A stretch of 64,000 nucleotides of DNA from Eledone cirrhosa (lineage: Eukaryota): the NCBI GenBank assembly GCA_964016885.1, contig OZ024740.1:265794001-265858000 (forward strand). Reading direction: 5' to 3'. Below are positions 48,480 through 63,311 of this stretch, piece after piece. Numbering within the stretch: position 1 is the stretch's first letter; each line of letters begins with the position of its first letter. The translations under genes and the position numbers were made by a program. The notes beneath the pieces are model-generated. The model was not told where the DNA came from. It saw only the letters and a list, made by a program, of their open reading frames with translations, and did not search any database.

Positions 48480-49085
48480 ACAGAAATAACGACACAATCG
48501 GTACAATATATGGAAAGAATATATTAGGTTAACGCTTGAAATAGCAGGAAGAGGGTCTTAACGTTTCGGGCGCTAGTCCTTCATCAGAAGAAAGAATGAG
48601 AAATTAGAAAGATTGAAGGGACGGGCGGGGTGGAATCGGACAAAAATGTTCTTAGAGAAAAATAACCGGTCCATCCATGTGGACATCTCTTGGAAAACTG
48701 TTGATGGCGTTTTGTGTATGATATACTTTTTTAATGAAGTATGATGGAGCGCGTCTACATGAAATGAAAAAAAAAAGATTTTGTATATAGAGCGTGCATA
48801 TGCGTGTGTGTGTGGAGGGGGTGTATACAGAGCTGTGAAGGAAAAGTAGAGTGTGTATTTTGTTGGTCTGTATCAGCTGTAAGAGTATATGTTTCTGACC
48901 ATAAGACAGCCATAGGAATACAGGGGCGAATGTACAAGCGGGTGTGTGATAACGGATGGGGTATTAAATAATTGGTAAGGGGAGTTGAGTCCATGGGAAA
49001 ACTGGACCCAAGGCGGTAAATCAGACACTGTTCAGTCCTGGTGCGAAAGGCCTGTGATCCCTAGATGAAAAAGGACTCCCAGGAC
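48480..49085 (-). mobile_element. Penelope-like 3' fragment with HHR
   Basis: Minus strand ~49052-48982 reads AFRTRTEQCLIYRLGSSFPHGLNS, a typical GIY-YIG C-terminus. Confidence 0.75.
48556..48591 (-). ncRNA. Minimal type I hammerhead (Penelope type)
   Basis: Minus strand: tctt-CTGATGA-a-ggac tagc gccc-GAAA-cg-TT-aaga. Confidence 0.78.
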
Positions 49086-49171
49086 TGAGATATATTAGAA
49101 AGAGCTGGAGCCTGACTCTTTCTAATATAGACACACTTTATCGAGTACTCTGTTCAATATTGCTCTAACTA

Positions 49172-49209
<38 letters not shown>

Positions 49210-49214
<5 letters not shown>

Positions 49215-50838
49215 ATACTTTGGGAGGGTCATGTTGCCAATAAGAAACACACGCACCAGTAGCTTTCACTTCAATTTATTATATATTTACAAATTTATAA
49301 ATTTATAAATTTATAAATTTCTGGTTGGTTGGTTGGTTCCACAACCAGATAGATGTTTATATATAGTCATAGTTCTTTCGTCACACACTCTGTGACCTCT
49401 TCATTGACTGGGGATTCCTTTCTTTGTTTCTGTGCCTCTCCTTTGTTCTGTCCTACGCCATTTTGTTTCTGTGTTTGTGTTGTGTGCTCAGTCTGCGCAT
49501 GCGCCACATCCGGGTGTCTGTGTGTGTTTATGTTCATTTATTTATTTGTTTATTTACATGTTACTGGTTGGTTGTTTGTTCTATGTGTGTGTGTGTTTTC
49601 ATTTTGTCCTTAATTGTAAGTTGTGATGTTGTTGTTCCACTCATATTTTCTATTTAATTTTGGTTGTAATTCTTTTATGTTTATTGCCTCTGTAATTTGT
49701 CTAAACATTGCGTCTTTTCTGTGTGTAGATTCTATTTTTATTTCTATGTTCTCTAATTTACCCTTGTGTTCTATCTTAGCATGTTGGTAGAGTACAGATG
49801 ATTCTTTATTATCTTGAAGGTCTCGCCAGTGTTCATTTATCCGTTCCCCTACACTACGAGCTGTCTCACCTATGTACACTATATTTTTGTCTCTACATTG
49901 TCCTTCAGTACATCTGATGCTATACACTACATTTCTAGTTTTACAGTTAATATGGGGGTTATTTTACAGGTTATACATTTCTTATCTATACATGAGGGTC
50001 TTTGAAAAGGGTATGTCTTGCTAATAAGTGTTTTTACGAAGGTACCTGGTCTTTCTACTATCTTGATATTGAGTTTATGTTTATTTAGGGCCCTTCTAAA
50101 TTTGTAAGCTAATTCACCTCTAGGGGTTGTATTGATGAACATTACACTCTGGTATTTATTGCTATCATACCATGAGTTTATTCTATTAGCCTTGTTCCTA
50201 GTTCTTTCTATTCTATTCCAAAATTTGCTCCTATACAAGGGGCAGGTCCCATTTATGTCATTATTTACCATTTTTTCCCATTTGGTTCTGGCTCCTCTAT
50301 ACACTCTGATTTTATCTCTCTGATTGTAGCCAGAGAACTGCATACGGTGGATGAAGTGTTGTATGTGTCTCTCTAGTTCTTCGGGGTTGCACATGCGGGA
50401 CACATTTCTCATCACCCGTACCAAATCCGCCATCAGTATGTTGATTTTGGTATGGTCCGAAATGACCGAGTTTCGGTGGATCAGATGTTTGGAAGTCATG
50501 GGTTTGGCATAATGGGAATGGAGGATTTGTTTTTTGTTGTTAATGGTATCTAACCAGAGCTCTGTGTCTAGTACAGGTAATCGATGGTTGGGGTGTTTAC
50601 TTGGGTAGTCTATAGTAATTCTAATGCTCTGATGGATGGAGTTTGCTATTTGCTGGATGCTTTCCATTGTGTTTTTCTCTAGTTCCTGACCGTTTTCTAG
50701 TGGGGGTGTCTTAACTACGATGTTTATATCATCTACGTAGCGGGAGTACATTATCAGGGTCAAGGGGTCTTCTAATTGTTCTTTAAGTTTAAGTTTAAGT
50801 CTACTGCCCCAGCATACCATGAATAAGTTAGCTATGTC
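49210..50838 (-). mobile_element. Penelope-like element (RT with RYVDD plus GIY-YIG), cut off at a (CATA)n array
   Basis: ORF 49927-50838 (IANLFM, YSRYVDDI, LPVLD) and ORF 49610-49927 (VYIGETARSVGERINEH...EAINI...LN). Confidence 0.92.
49365..49409 (-). ncRNA. Hammerhead-like motif with A3 core
   Basis: Minus strand: agtca-ATGAAGA-g-gtcaca gagtg tgtgac-GAAA-gaac-TA-tgact. Confidence 0.55.
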
Positions 50839-50953
50839 ATATACATACATACATACATACATACATACATACATACATACATACATACATACATACATAC
50901 ATACATACATACATACATACATACATACATACATACGTACATACATACATACA

Positions 50954-52180
50954 TGGTGGTGGCTGCGAACTCGTTTCGAGTACGGCCACTACTTTATATC
51001 CATGTAGGAGAACCCCTAACGATGCGCTGAACGAGTTTGACTTTTTAGTCCAGCCAGCCACTTGAAAACTCTGGTACAAACACTACACTTGTGACAATTA
51101 TTGACATATTGTGCTGGGCCCATGGTACCATGTAACAAGTGCAGAGAGATCTCCAGATATAAAGCAATGCCTGTGCCGTGCAGTTTTTATAGTGAGCAAA
51201 GGCACTGCACAAAGCCAGTCCCACTCTCTTAACCAAGATGATATTTACCAAAAAGAACAAGTCAACATCATTGGATACCATCAGAGTTGCAGGTGTTATA
51301 TCAGAGTTTTCCTTCTCCGAGAATTCTGCCTTGACAAAGGCTAAGGGGTCATCTCTCCCGGTGATTTTGGATGGCCATTGACTCTTAAGAGCTCCTTTGC
51401 CCTTTGACAGGTTTTGTCTTTAGTCCTGCAGGATGTCCAAAGTCACCCTCCTCACCAAAAAAGCTTGGTGGGGTTGCCAGTTTAGTTGTCAACGACCCGA
51501 CCATGAGACAGGTTGTACTGGGATACATGTTACCAGTAGCGCCAACTGGTGACCTGACATACATACATACATGGCGGCTGCCAACTCGTTTTCGAGTACG
51601 GCCACTAATTTATATCCATGTAGGAGAACCCCTACCAATGCGCTGAACGAGTGTGACTTTTTAGTCCAGCCAGCGACTTGAAAACTCTGGTACAAACAGT
51701 ACACTTGTGACAATTATTGACATATAATGCAGGGCCCATGGTTCCATGTGACGACAAGTGCAGAGAGATCTCCAGATATAAAGCAATGCCTGTGCCGTGA
51801 ATCTTTTCTAGTGATCAAAAGCACTGCACAAAGCCAGTCCCACTCTCTTAACCAAGATGATATTTACCAAAAAGAAGAACAAGTCAACATCACTGGATAC
51901 CATCAGGGTTTGCAGGTGTTATATCAGAGTTTTCCTTCTCCAAGAATTCTGCCTTGACAAAGGCTAAGGGGTCATCTCTCCCGGTGATTTTGGATGACCA
52001 TTGACTCTTAAGAGCTCCTTTGCCCTTTGACAGGTTTTGTTTTTAGTCCTGCAGGATGTGCAAAGTCACCCTCCTTACCAAGAAACCTTGGAGGGGTTGC
52101 CAGTTTAGTCGCCAACGACCCGACCATGAGACAGGTTGTACTGGGATACATATTACCAGTAGCACCAACTGGTGACCTGA
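50954..52180 (-). mobile_element. Two tandem ~605-bp RTE-type non-autonomous elements (50954-51558 and 51571-52180) with (ATGT)n tails
   Basis: RTE-like 5' motif ggagaaggaaaactctga; 3' stem-loop actcg aaa cgagt; separated and flanked by (CATA)n. Confidence 0.78.
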
Positions 52181-52281
52181 CATACATACATACATACATA
52201 CATACATACATACATACATACATACATACATACATACATACATACATACATACATACATACATACATACATACATACATAC

Positions 52282-53186
52282 ATGATGGCTTCCCCCTCGT
52301 TATGGCCATTGTACGGCCATTATCAATTAATGCAATCATCTAATACATGGGCATGAAGATATTTTTTAAAGTGAGGAAAGACTATGGACTGAGCCAATCC
52401 AACTCTCTGAGCGACAGTAGCTATAACCCGAAAAGAAGAAAAGATCACCATCATCGCTAACTACTGAGCCGCAGGTTTTATATCGAAGATATCTCAGCTT
52501 CCTGAGTTACCTTCTCCTAGACGAATGCTCTGACAAAGGCTAGGAGTCCTTCACTCCCAGTGGATTATCCACGTGATTGGGTACCAAGCCCGATTATTTC
52601 TATGACCCCGCGCATATACATACATACATAAATACGTACATGATGGCTGCCCCCTCGTTATCGAATATGACCATTGCGCGATATACCATTATTAAATAAT
52701 TATCAATTAATTCTATTGTGAAATGCCTGTGGGTGAAGATAAGAAGAAAAGATCAACATCATCGGTAACTACTGAGCCGCAGGTTTTATATCGGAGTCAT
52801 CCCAGTTTCCTGAGTTGCCTTCTCCTAGAAGAATGCCCTGACAAAGGCTAGGGGTCATTTACTCCCAGTGGTTTAACCGCATGATCGGGTGTCCAGCCGA
52901 CTATTTCTGTCCGCGCGCATATACATACACATGCACCATGCATATACACATATACACACATATGTACATGTGTATTTACATATTTACACACGTTTGGATG
53001 GCCGTTGACTCTTATAAGTTCTTCCGCCCTTTGTCAGGTTTTGTTTTTTGTCCTGCAGGATGTCCAAAATCACCCTTCTCACTGAGTAAACTTAGTGGGG
53101 TTGCCGGTTTAGTCGCCGATGACCCGACCAGGCGACAGGTTGTACTGGGTTACATGTTACCAGTAGCACTCAAGAGTGACCCGACA
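52282..53186 (-). mobile_element. Further related RTE-type non-autonomous fragments (52282-52612, 52641-52918, 52990-53186)
   Basis: Repeated tctaggagaagg(t/c)aactcagga and tagcctttgtca motifs; 5' structured head at ~53100-53186. Confidence 0.7.
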
Positions 53187-53255
53187 TAACATACGTACGT
53201 ACATACATACATACATACATACATACATACATACATACATACATACATACATACA

Positions 53256-53285
<30 letters not shown>

Positions 53286-53287
<2 letters not shown>

Positions 53288-56200
53288 ACAAAGAATTATA
53301 TGAAGCATACAAACAATCTGAACCCCAAAAGTTCGGTTTTATGCAAAGGCTAAAAACTTTATGGAACTCCAAACACCCAGAATTAGACTTTTCTCCAAAG
53401 CATTTAAATGAACAGGCAAAATGTATCATTAGATGTAAATTGATACATCTAACGGAATTGAGTGATACTACAAATACAGCCCTTGTAGACAACCACCCCA
53501 CCTCCACTGACAGACAATGAGAATGGCCAGCTAAATCTAACAGTGTACAGCTCACCAACAATTTTTCTGAAATCCATCCCACTTCCACTGAAGAACAGCG
53601 AGAAAGGTCAGCTAACTCTAGTAGTAATTGTCACCACATCAACAACGAGGCTGAAATTCATGACTCTACTGTACAAACAGAACACCAAAAACTTGTGGGC
53701 ACCTTACAAGTGATATGGGACGATATGTTTCAAGAGATACACAGCCTTAATGTGAGTGACAGACCATACAACACCAAAATCAGTAAAGAACCCACTAAAT
53801 TGGAATTGGAAGCGGTGAACGAAATAGCTGGCAATTATCTGAAGGCTATACGATCTAAAGGTGTAGAAACGACATTTGAAACGCTTAATATTGTGTTATA
53901 TGTTTCAGCTGTCACATTGCTATCATATAACACACATCTAAAACCATGCAATCAAGATACAAACAAAAAGCCTGAACCAGCGTGGATGCGAAATTTAAAA
54001 AGCAAAATGTTGTCCCTGAGACGAAGTATCTCACACATCGCAGTCGTTATGAAATGCAACATAGAGAGCAACTTCACACGACACCAGGAAGACCTAAAAA
54101 AAAAGTTAGAGAGACGATTTGGAGATACAAAATTTAAAACTTTGAACTCCAAATTACACCAGTTGAAACAACAACTCACAGCTACAACAGAAAGACTAAA
54201 ATCTAAGTCAACAGCACATAAACGACAAGTGCTAAATACATTGTTTGCCAGAGATCCTAAATCAGTTTATCGCAGCTTCGGTGGCAAAAGCTCAATCCCT
54301 GTAAATGACACCCCTTCAAAAGAACAGGTTGAGAGCTACTGGAGATCTGTATGGGAAACGGATGACGGATTCAACAGACAAACTAATTGGCTAAAAGAAC
54401 TGGAACAGGACTACTGCCAACATGACCAGACAAAACAATATGACATAGATGGGTCATTACTGGAAACTGCTCTACATAAAATGTCGAATTAGAAATCACC
54501 AGGCCCAGACCTCATTACAGGATACTGGTTGAAGAATTTCACTTTCTATCGGCAAGATCTCATACGGCTGTTTACAGAAACCATTAAAGGCACACAAGAA
54601 CTGCCCAGATGGTTATCAACTGCCACTACTCTCCTCATTCCCGAAAATAGCCAAACCACCCTTGCTAAAAATTACCGCCCAATAGCCTGCCAAAACATCA
54701 TGTATAAATTATATACTGGGTGCCTTAACCTGTTCTTACAGGATCACTGTACTACCAACAACATCATAACACCTGAACAAGCTGGTGGAAAGAGGGAGGT
54801 ATGGGGCTGCATAGATCACCTACTAACTAATAAAATGATTCAGGAAAAATCAACAAAGAATCGCAGAAACATGACTGTGGTGTGGCTGGACTATCAAAAA
54901 GCATTTGATAGTGTACCTCATGGGTGGATTATTAAGGCTTTACAGTTAGCCAAAGTCCCACAACCATTGGTAGCTGCTGTTGAACGCCTTACCAAGAATT
55001 GGTACACCAATTTGATCCTTAGAGGTGAGAAGGAGCAAGTTAAGACTGATAAGATACATTACCAGAAGGGCATCTTTCAGGGTGATACCTTGTCAGTGCT
55101 ACTCTTCGTTCTCTCACTAAATCCACTATCTTACCTACTCGGGAAACAAGGTGGACAAAGAAGTGGGTCCAGAAGTATCTCCCATCTTTTCTTTGTTGAT
55201 GACCTGACGTTGTATGGGCCAAATATCAATGACATCAAGAAACAATTGGAGCTCATTACACAATTTTCAACAGACATCAAATTGAAATTTGGTGAGTCCA
55301 AGTGTGCATATTTGGCAGTAAAACGTGGAAGAGCTGTGCCCTCCTCTAGAAATCTAGAGATGAACGGCCTGACAATACAACCTCTACAGTCAGGTGACAA
55401 CTACAGATATCTTGGACAGGATGAGAATGTCAGATATGATGGACCCATAAATAACGAGAGAACCAGAACTGAATACCTCAGAAGAGTAAAGAAAATATGG
55501 TCATCAGAACTGTCAGCGTACAACAAATACATTGCCCACAATACTTATACTGTGCCAATTCTAACGCCAACATTTGGCCTGCTGAACTGGTCATTGCAAG
55601 AACTAAGTGAGATGGATGTTAGAACTCACACACTTCTCAGTGTTACTGGGAACTTTAACATCAGTAGTGATGTGGATAGGGTATACTTCTCACGCAAGGA
55701 AGGTGGCCGGGGTCTAAAATCCATATATATGAGACCCGGATAGTAACACTGAAGCAACACCTTCAACAGAGGAAAAAGGTTGGCAACCATCTTGCCCAGG
55801 TTTATGAGCATGAAAAAAAACCCCATTAGAATAGCGACTGATCTGGAGGAGAGATATGGAATAAAGCCTGATATAAATCTCTCACCCAGAGAAATCGGAA
55901 GATCCTATTCAATGTTCAAACAAGATGAAAAAATTGACCAATTTACAGAAAAAGTTGAGCAGGGATATTTGAGACGTAAAACACAGACCATAGAGCGGAT
56001 AAACCACTCAAAAAGCCTGGCATGGAGTTCCGACAAGTTTATGACATCACACCTTGAGGGATATCTCTAGGCAATACAGGAACAAGAACTCCCTACCAAA
56101 TATCTGCTGCACAAAAGGGGAGGGCAAGCAACTGACAATAAATGTAGGCTATGTAAAACAAAGATCGAGGATGTAAGCCACATTGTTGCCAGCTGCGAAA

Positions 56201-56798
56201 GAATGTCATCTCGTTACTACCTCCCCATGAAACACGATGGGATAGCTAGAACCATCTGGAACGCACTTCGGAAAACAAAATTAACAACAAACGAGGAAGA
56301 ATATATTGAGACAGATAGCACTAAGGAATACTGGTGGAACCTGAAAATAAAAATTGCCACCAAATTAAAGCACAACCGGCCTGATATTGTTGTTTGGGAC
56401 CACACATTGTAAACGTGTTCTGTTGTGGAGATCAGCTGCCCACTTGATGTAAACGTTGTCAGAAAAATACAGGAGAAGGCGGACATCTACGGACCATTGA
56501 TGAGGAGTTTACAAATCCAGTATCCAAGATACGCCTTTAGCTTCATACCCATCATTATTGGAGGTACGGGTTATATACCAACCCGCTTGGACCAAAGTAT
56601 GACTGAACTTGGATTTGCGGACAAAAAGCGGAGCTCCCTAATTCATAGTCTACAAATGGCTGCGATAGCTGGCACCTTCAAAATTTGCAAAAAATTCTTG
56701 CGATTCAAGGGATGACAATTTCTTTTCTTTTACAACCTTGCCACCAGGAAGGTGGCCGGTCAAAAAAATATACTCGAAATTAAGAGAAAGAGATAACA
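53286..56798 (+). mobile_element. R4/Dong-like non-LTR retrotransposon (RT, CCHC, restriction-like endonuclease) in (ATAC)n
   Basis: NYRPIAC, LDYQKAFDSVPH, GIFQGD, LFFVDD; CRLC...HIVASC; RPDIVVWD...EISCP..K...Y; several stop codons; (CATA)n on both ends. Confidence 0.9.
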
Positions 56799-56814
56799 TG
56801 CATACATACATACA

Positions 56815-57648
56815 GGATTAAAAAAATGGAACAATTTACAGAAAAAGTTCTGCATGGGTACCTGAGACGAACAACACAGACCATCGAGGGGATAAATCAT
56901 TCAAAAAGCCTGGCATGGAGTTCCGACAAGTTTACGACATCCTACCTTGAAGGCTATCTTTATGCAATACTGGAACAAGCAATCTGCTACACAAAAGAGG
57001 AGGGCTATCAGTCCACAATAAATGTAGGCTTTTTAAAACAAAGATCGAAGATGTTAGCTACATTGTTGCCAACTGGGAAAGAATATCGTCTCGCTACTAC
57101 CAGCCTATGAGATACGATGTGATAGCTAGGGCCATCTGGAGCGCACTTAGGAAAAGAAGATTGAAAAAAAATAAGGAGTAATATGTTGAGAAAGATGGCA
57201 CTAAAGAATACTGGTGGAACCTGAAAATAAAAACTGCCATCAAATTAAAACACAACCGGCCTGATTTTGTTGTTTGGGACCACACATTGAAAATGTGCTC
57301 TGTTGTAGAGTTCAGCTGCCCTCTTGATGTCAACGTTGTAAGGAAAATATATTGATGAGGAGTTTGCAGATTCAGTATCCAAGATACACATTCAGCACAA
57401 TACCCATGATTATTGGAGCAAAAGGTTATATACAAACCTGATTGGACCAAAGTATAACTGAACTTGGATTGGAGAACAAAGAGCGCAGCTCCCTAATTCA
57501 TAGACTACAAATGGTTGCGATAGTTGGCACCTTCAAAATTTGCAAAACATTCTTGCGATTCAAGGGATAACAAATTCTTTTCTTTTACAAAATTGCCACC
57601 AGGAAGGTGGACGGTCAAAAATGTACTCGCAATTAAGAGAAAGAGAAA
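56815..57648 (+). mobile_element. Second, 5'-truncated, more degraded copy of the same R4-like 3' end
   Basis: Colinear with ~55922-56795; ends in acatacatac. Confidence 0.88.
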
Positions 57649-58694
57649 CATACATACATATATTATTCCTAACAAATTGTACTCTGTAGTAATTTCAAAG
57701 GGAATTGAACACTATAAAAGACACGGTTATTTTTAACGTCTGCCTTTAAAACATAACCACTAGATTTAGAAACTTGAAAACATGTTTAATATTTAAACTT
57801 GGCATGTTATTTAGATATTATTTTTTCATAAAGCAAAGCAAATATTTGATAGTTTGCTTTCATTTATTTTATCGTTACAGGCAAAAATATTTATGTTAAT
57901 ACACATGCAAACATACATACATACATACATACATACATACATACATACATACATACATACATACATACATACATACATACGTCTGTACAAACAAGTAAAT
58001 CATATATATCAACATGTAGGTGAACACATATACATACACAAAAATATACATATGACTATTCACACGAGCGACTCATACACTCATACGCACATTCTCTCTC
58101 ACACACACATATAATATAAATAGTTGAATCAATATAAATATAAGATTTTTATATACACACATATATATTCTATGTGCGTTTGTGTATCAAAAGCGCTATA
58201 CACGAAAATATTCCGCGGCGATATTACATATATTTAATTGCCAGTTTAAGGAATACTATTAATTTACCTAATTAATAATCAATGTTGCAAACTAACGCGT
58301 ACAACACGTAAGTTTTTGTGCCACTGTTGGCAGTAGTTAAGCGAAAATATGGTTGCCCTGGAGAAGAAAAGCGCGATAAAAACTTAAAGTACATAATATC
58401 CGCCATAACGTGTTTACGCCACAGTTATACACACCTGTATAATTACACATGCCAGTTATTTTTTCATGGCCTCAAACGTTAAAATTCATTTGCTTCAGAG
58501 AAATTATATTTGAGTTGAATTATTTTTTATATTTATTTAAACTGTTTTCTTTGTTTAATGATATCATGTTTACTGTAAATAAACAAGAAATTCATTTAGA
58601 ATTTAAAAAAAAAGTTAAAAAAAGTAAAAAATATGCAGAAAAGAAAAATATCAGATATATATATAAATATATATATATATATTTTAATAAATAT

Positions 58695-59407
<713 letters not shown>

Positions 59408-59409
59408 CA

Positions 59410-59526
<117 letters not shown>

Positions 59527-59562
59527 ATATACATATTTATATATATATATATTTTTATATAT

Positions 59563-59593
<31 letters not shown>

Positions 59594-59692
59594 CATATCT
59601 ATATATATATATATTTATATACATATATATATTTATATATATATATATATATATATGTAGATAAATCTACCAAGAGTTTACGGTAGTGTCCA

Positions 59693-59778
59693 ATCCGTAT
59701 GAAGAACTCAATGTAATCCGGATATCATGGAAAGAAGAGATGCAATGAAAAATCACTTTCGGTGAAAGATAAACGGAT
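59693..59778 (+). ncRNA. Hammerhead-like motif with A3 core (copies at 61192-61276 + and ~23496-23581 -)
   Basis: atccgt-ATGAAGA-act...ggt-GAAA-ga-TA-a-acggat. Confidence 0.4.
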
Positions 59779-59800
59779 TACAGAGTCAAGATAAAATATT

Positions 59801-60200
59801 AAAAAAATAATGAATAAAACAATGAAACAGTTCCTTATATTAAACAAAAAAAGTTCATTATTTAACGATCGTTTCTAGGATATATATGTGTTAGAATTGG
59901 CATGCATATTCAACAGATCTATGTACAAAATTATACAAAATTATACAAACTATCAAAATTAAATATACATACCAAACACATATATATGCCGTCTTCAGAA
60001 ATAATGAAGACGGCATATATATGTGTTTGGTATGTATATTTAATTTTGATAGTTTGTATAATTTTGTATAATTTTGTACATAGATCTGTTGAATATGCAT
60101 GCCAATTCTAACACATATATATCCTAGAAACGATCGTTAAATAATGAACTTTTTTTGTTTAATATAAGGAACTGTTTCATTGTTTTATTCATTATTTTTT
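59801..60200. repeat. ~400-bp near-perfect palindrome of the expanded-stem-II HHR pseudo-LTR (copy 2 at ~61299-61700)
   Basis: Arms meet at tcttca-gaaataa-tgaaga (59992-60010); the ORF track shows identical ORFs on both strands. Confidence 0.93.
59854..60008 (-). ncRNA. Type I hammerhead, expanded stem II
   Basis: Reverse complement of the 22879-23033 motif with intact core. Confidence 0.83.
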
Positions 60201-60224
60201 TTATATTTTATATATATATATATA

Positions 60225-60291
<67 letters not shown>

Positions 60292-60502
60292 AATTAAGTT
60301 AAAAATGTACATCTACATATGTATACTGAATTACAAACGAAACGAAATTTAATTTCGTTTCGTTATTTGTTTTTATCGTCTCCGTTGAACCGGTACGTAC
60401 TCACACTCTATGCAAATTAGTCTGCCCACTACTAATTTTCATAAAAAAAGCATATAACGATATGTGCTTTTACGATTCTCCAGAAAGGCCGGTAGATAGG
60501 TA

Positions 60503-60547
60503 AATATTGCTGATGAGTTGTAACAACAACGAAACTAGTTCAATGTT
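60503..60547 (+). ncRNA. Canonical minimal type I hammerhead ribozyme (identical to 59028-59072)
   Basis: Same sequence, 1475 bp downstream. Confidence 0.93.
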
Positions 60548-60833
60548 CCTTGTCTGGCTTTCTGGAGAATAGAGGAAAGGTGTTTCCTCAAAAACCAGTA
60601 TGACTCTAAAAACCGGTTTGTCTGTGTGTTTACATACAGAATAGCTGGATACTCACAGTAAAGTAACCAGTGAAAGACTTGGTACATCTACATATGTATA
60701 CGTGTGTGTATTCATATGCATACTAGTATTTCAGTATACATATGTAGATATACATTTTTAACTTAATTGTTTAAGCGTCAGTCATACAAAAGTGAGTTAC
60801 AAACGAAACGAAATTTAATTTCGTTTCGTTATT

Positions 60834-60981
<148 letters not shown>

Positions 60982-61008
60982 ATATATATACATATTTATA
61001 TATATATA

Positions 61009-61047
<39 letters not shown>

Positions 61048-61078
61048 CTATATATATATATATTTATATACATATATA

Positions 61079-61158
<80 letters not shown>

Positions 61159-61351
61159 GATAAATCTACCAAGAGTTTACGGTAGTGTCCAATCCGTATG
61201 AAGAACTCAATGTAATCCGGATATCATGGAAAGAAGAGATGCAATGAAAAATCACATTCGGTGAAAGATAAACGGAATACAGAGTCAAGATAAATATTAA
61301 AAAAATAATGAATAAAACAATGAAACAGTTCCTTATATTAAACAAAAAAAG

Positions 61352-61506
61352 TTCATTATTTAACGATCGTTTCTAGGATATATATGTGTTAGAATTGGCA
61401 TGCATATTCAACAGATCTATGTACAAAATTATACAAAATTATACAAACTATCAAAATTAAATATACATACCAAACACATATATATGCCGTCTTCAGAAAT
61501 AATGAA
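61352..61506 (-). ncRNA. Type I hammerhead, expanded stem II
   Basis: Duplicate of 59854-60008. Confidence 0.83.
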
Positions 61507-61706
61507 GACGGCATATATATGTGTTTGGTATGTATATTTAATTTTGATAGTTTGTATAATTTTGTATAATTTTGTACATAGATCTGTTGAATATGCATGC
61601 CAATTCTAACACATATATATCCTAGAAACGATCGTTAAATAATGAACTTTTTTTGTTTAATATAAGGAACTGTTTCATTGTTTTATTAATTATTTTTTTT
61701 ATATTT

Positions 61707-61831
<125 letters not shown>

Positions 61832-61954
61832 ATATATATATATAGTAATAATAATAAATTTGAAGACTAAAATCCAAAGAGGGCTCGATAAGGATAAATA
61901 TATATCAAATATATAAGAACCGTAGAGCAAAAATTTATTAAAATAACAGATTAA

Positions 61955-62005
61955 AGTTTAAGCAAAGAATCGCTGCTTTCACCCTTAACGGGATCTTCTG
62001 AAACT
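61955..62005 (-). ncRNA. Type I hammerhead, A4 core
   Basis: Minus strand: agttt-CAGAAGA-tcccgttaagggt-GAAA-gcag cgattct ttgc-TT-aaact. Confidence 0.72.
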
Positions 62006-63260
62006 AACAAAGTCAATCTGTAAACGCAGAAGTGGATATTTCAAAAAACGTTGCAACCGGAGGAAGACAGGAAGACGATACTTTGGTTCGTGGAAACGTT
62101 CCCTTCACAAAACATACAGGTAATATATACTTACCTATGCAAATAAGTAATGGTATAAACATAACATATACTTAGCTACCACATCAAGACGTAAAATATC
62201 CACGTATAGATCGTACTATCCGTTGGGGTATAATGTGGGGCTGTAATACAGGAAAGTTTTGTGCAATTTATGTTTACAAGACGAAATTGCCTCAGATTTT
62301 TTGTTTAAGATGTGGTCTGTGGCGTAGAGTATTTCCAGAGCCTCAGCGGCTCAGAGGTCACCAGGTCTTTTATTTCCGTTATACGATCTAGCCCTAGCTA
62401 GGACCTCCCAGTGTAAATAATATTGGGTGTGGCTGTCTTTTAGACTCGAGATATAAGCTGAAAGTGACGTCATATTCCTTCTTAGAGGGTAACGAAAAGA
62501 ATGGGTATGCATGTAAAGACGCTGCTTGAATCTGTTGGCGGTTAACCCTATGTAGGCCCTACGGGACGTGGGTGCTTCAACCTTACATTTGTACACAATG
62601 TTACTAGAGAGGCATTTCCCGGATAGGGGGTAATCAACCCGATTCCTACAATTACAGTTAGTACTAACTACAGGGTTGCACGTGTTCCTACGGCTAGGTA
62701 GTTTAGCTAAATTTGAAGCTGTGATGTTATATGCAAGGTTAAGAGTCGTAGAGTAAGAAATTTTAATAGTATTTCTATTAAAAATTTTACTATATTTATG
62801 TGTAGGGGAAAAATGCTTCGTAATAAGGGATAGAAAGATCTTAGCTAATGGTGTGGCCACCTCCATATTATATGGTGGGTTATACCATATAATGCGACGG
62901 GATCTATTTCTTCTAGGTCTATTCTCGTACTCTGTATATGCTACCTTATCGACAAATCCACTCCGAGCAAGAGCTTTATTTCGGCTTGTAAACATAAATT
63001 GCACAAAACTTTCCTGTATTACAGCCCCACATTATACCCTAATGGATAGTACGATCTATACGTGAATATTTTACGTCTTGATGTGGTAGCTAAGTATATG
63101 TTATGTTTATACCATTACTTATTTGCATAGGTAAGTATATATTACCTGTATGTTTTGTGAAGGGAACGTTTCCACAAACCAAAGTATCGTCTTATTGTCT
63201 TCCTCCGGTTGCAACGTTTTTTTTAAATATCCACTTCTGCGTTTACAGATTGACTTTGTT

Positions 63261-63311
63261 AGTTTCAGAAGATCCCGTTAAGGGTGAAAGCAGCGATTCT
63301 TTGCTTAAACT
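63261..63311 (+). ncRNA. Type I hammerhead, A4 core
   Basis: agttt-CAGAAGA-tcccgttaagggt-GAAA-gcagcgattctttgc-TT-aaact. Confidence 0.72.

Noticed and set aside
51470-51560. HDV-like ribozyme at the RTE-type 5' end
   Set aside because: CUAA and ccagt/actgg look like J4/2 and P2, but no P1/P3/L3 arrangement fits and the putative P2 is broken in two copies (accgg).
59891-60111. Identical 69-aa ORFs on both strands (also 61389-61609)
   Set aside because: They are a consequence of the DNA palindrome and show no protein features.
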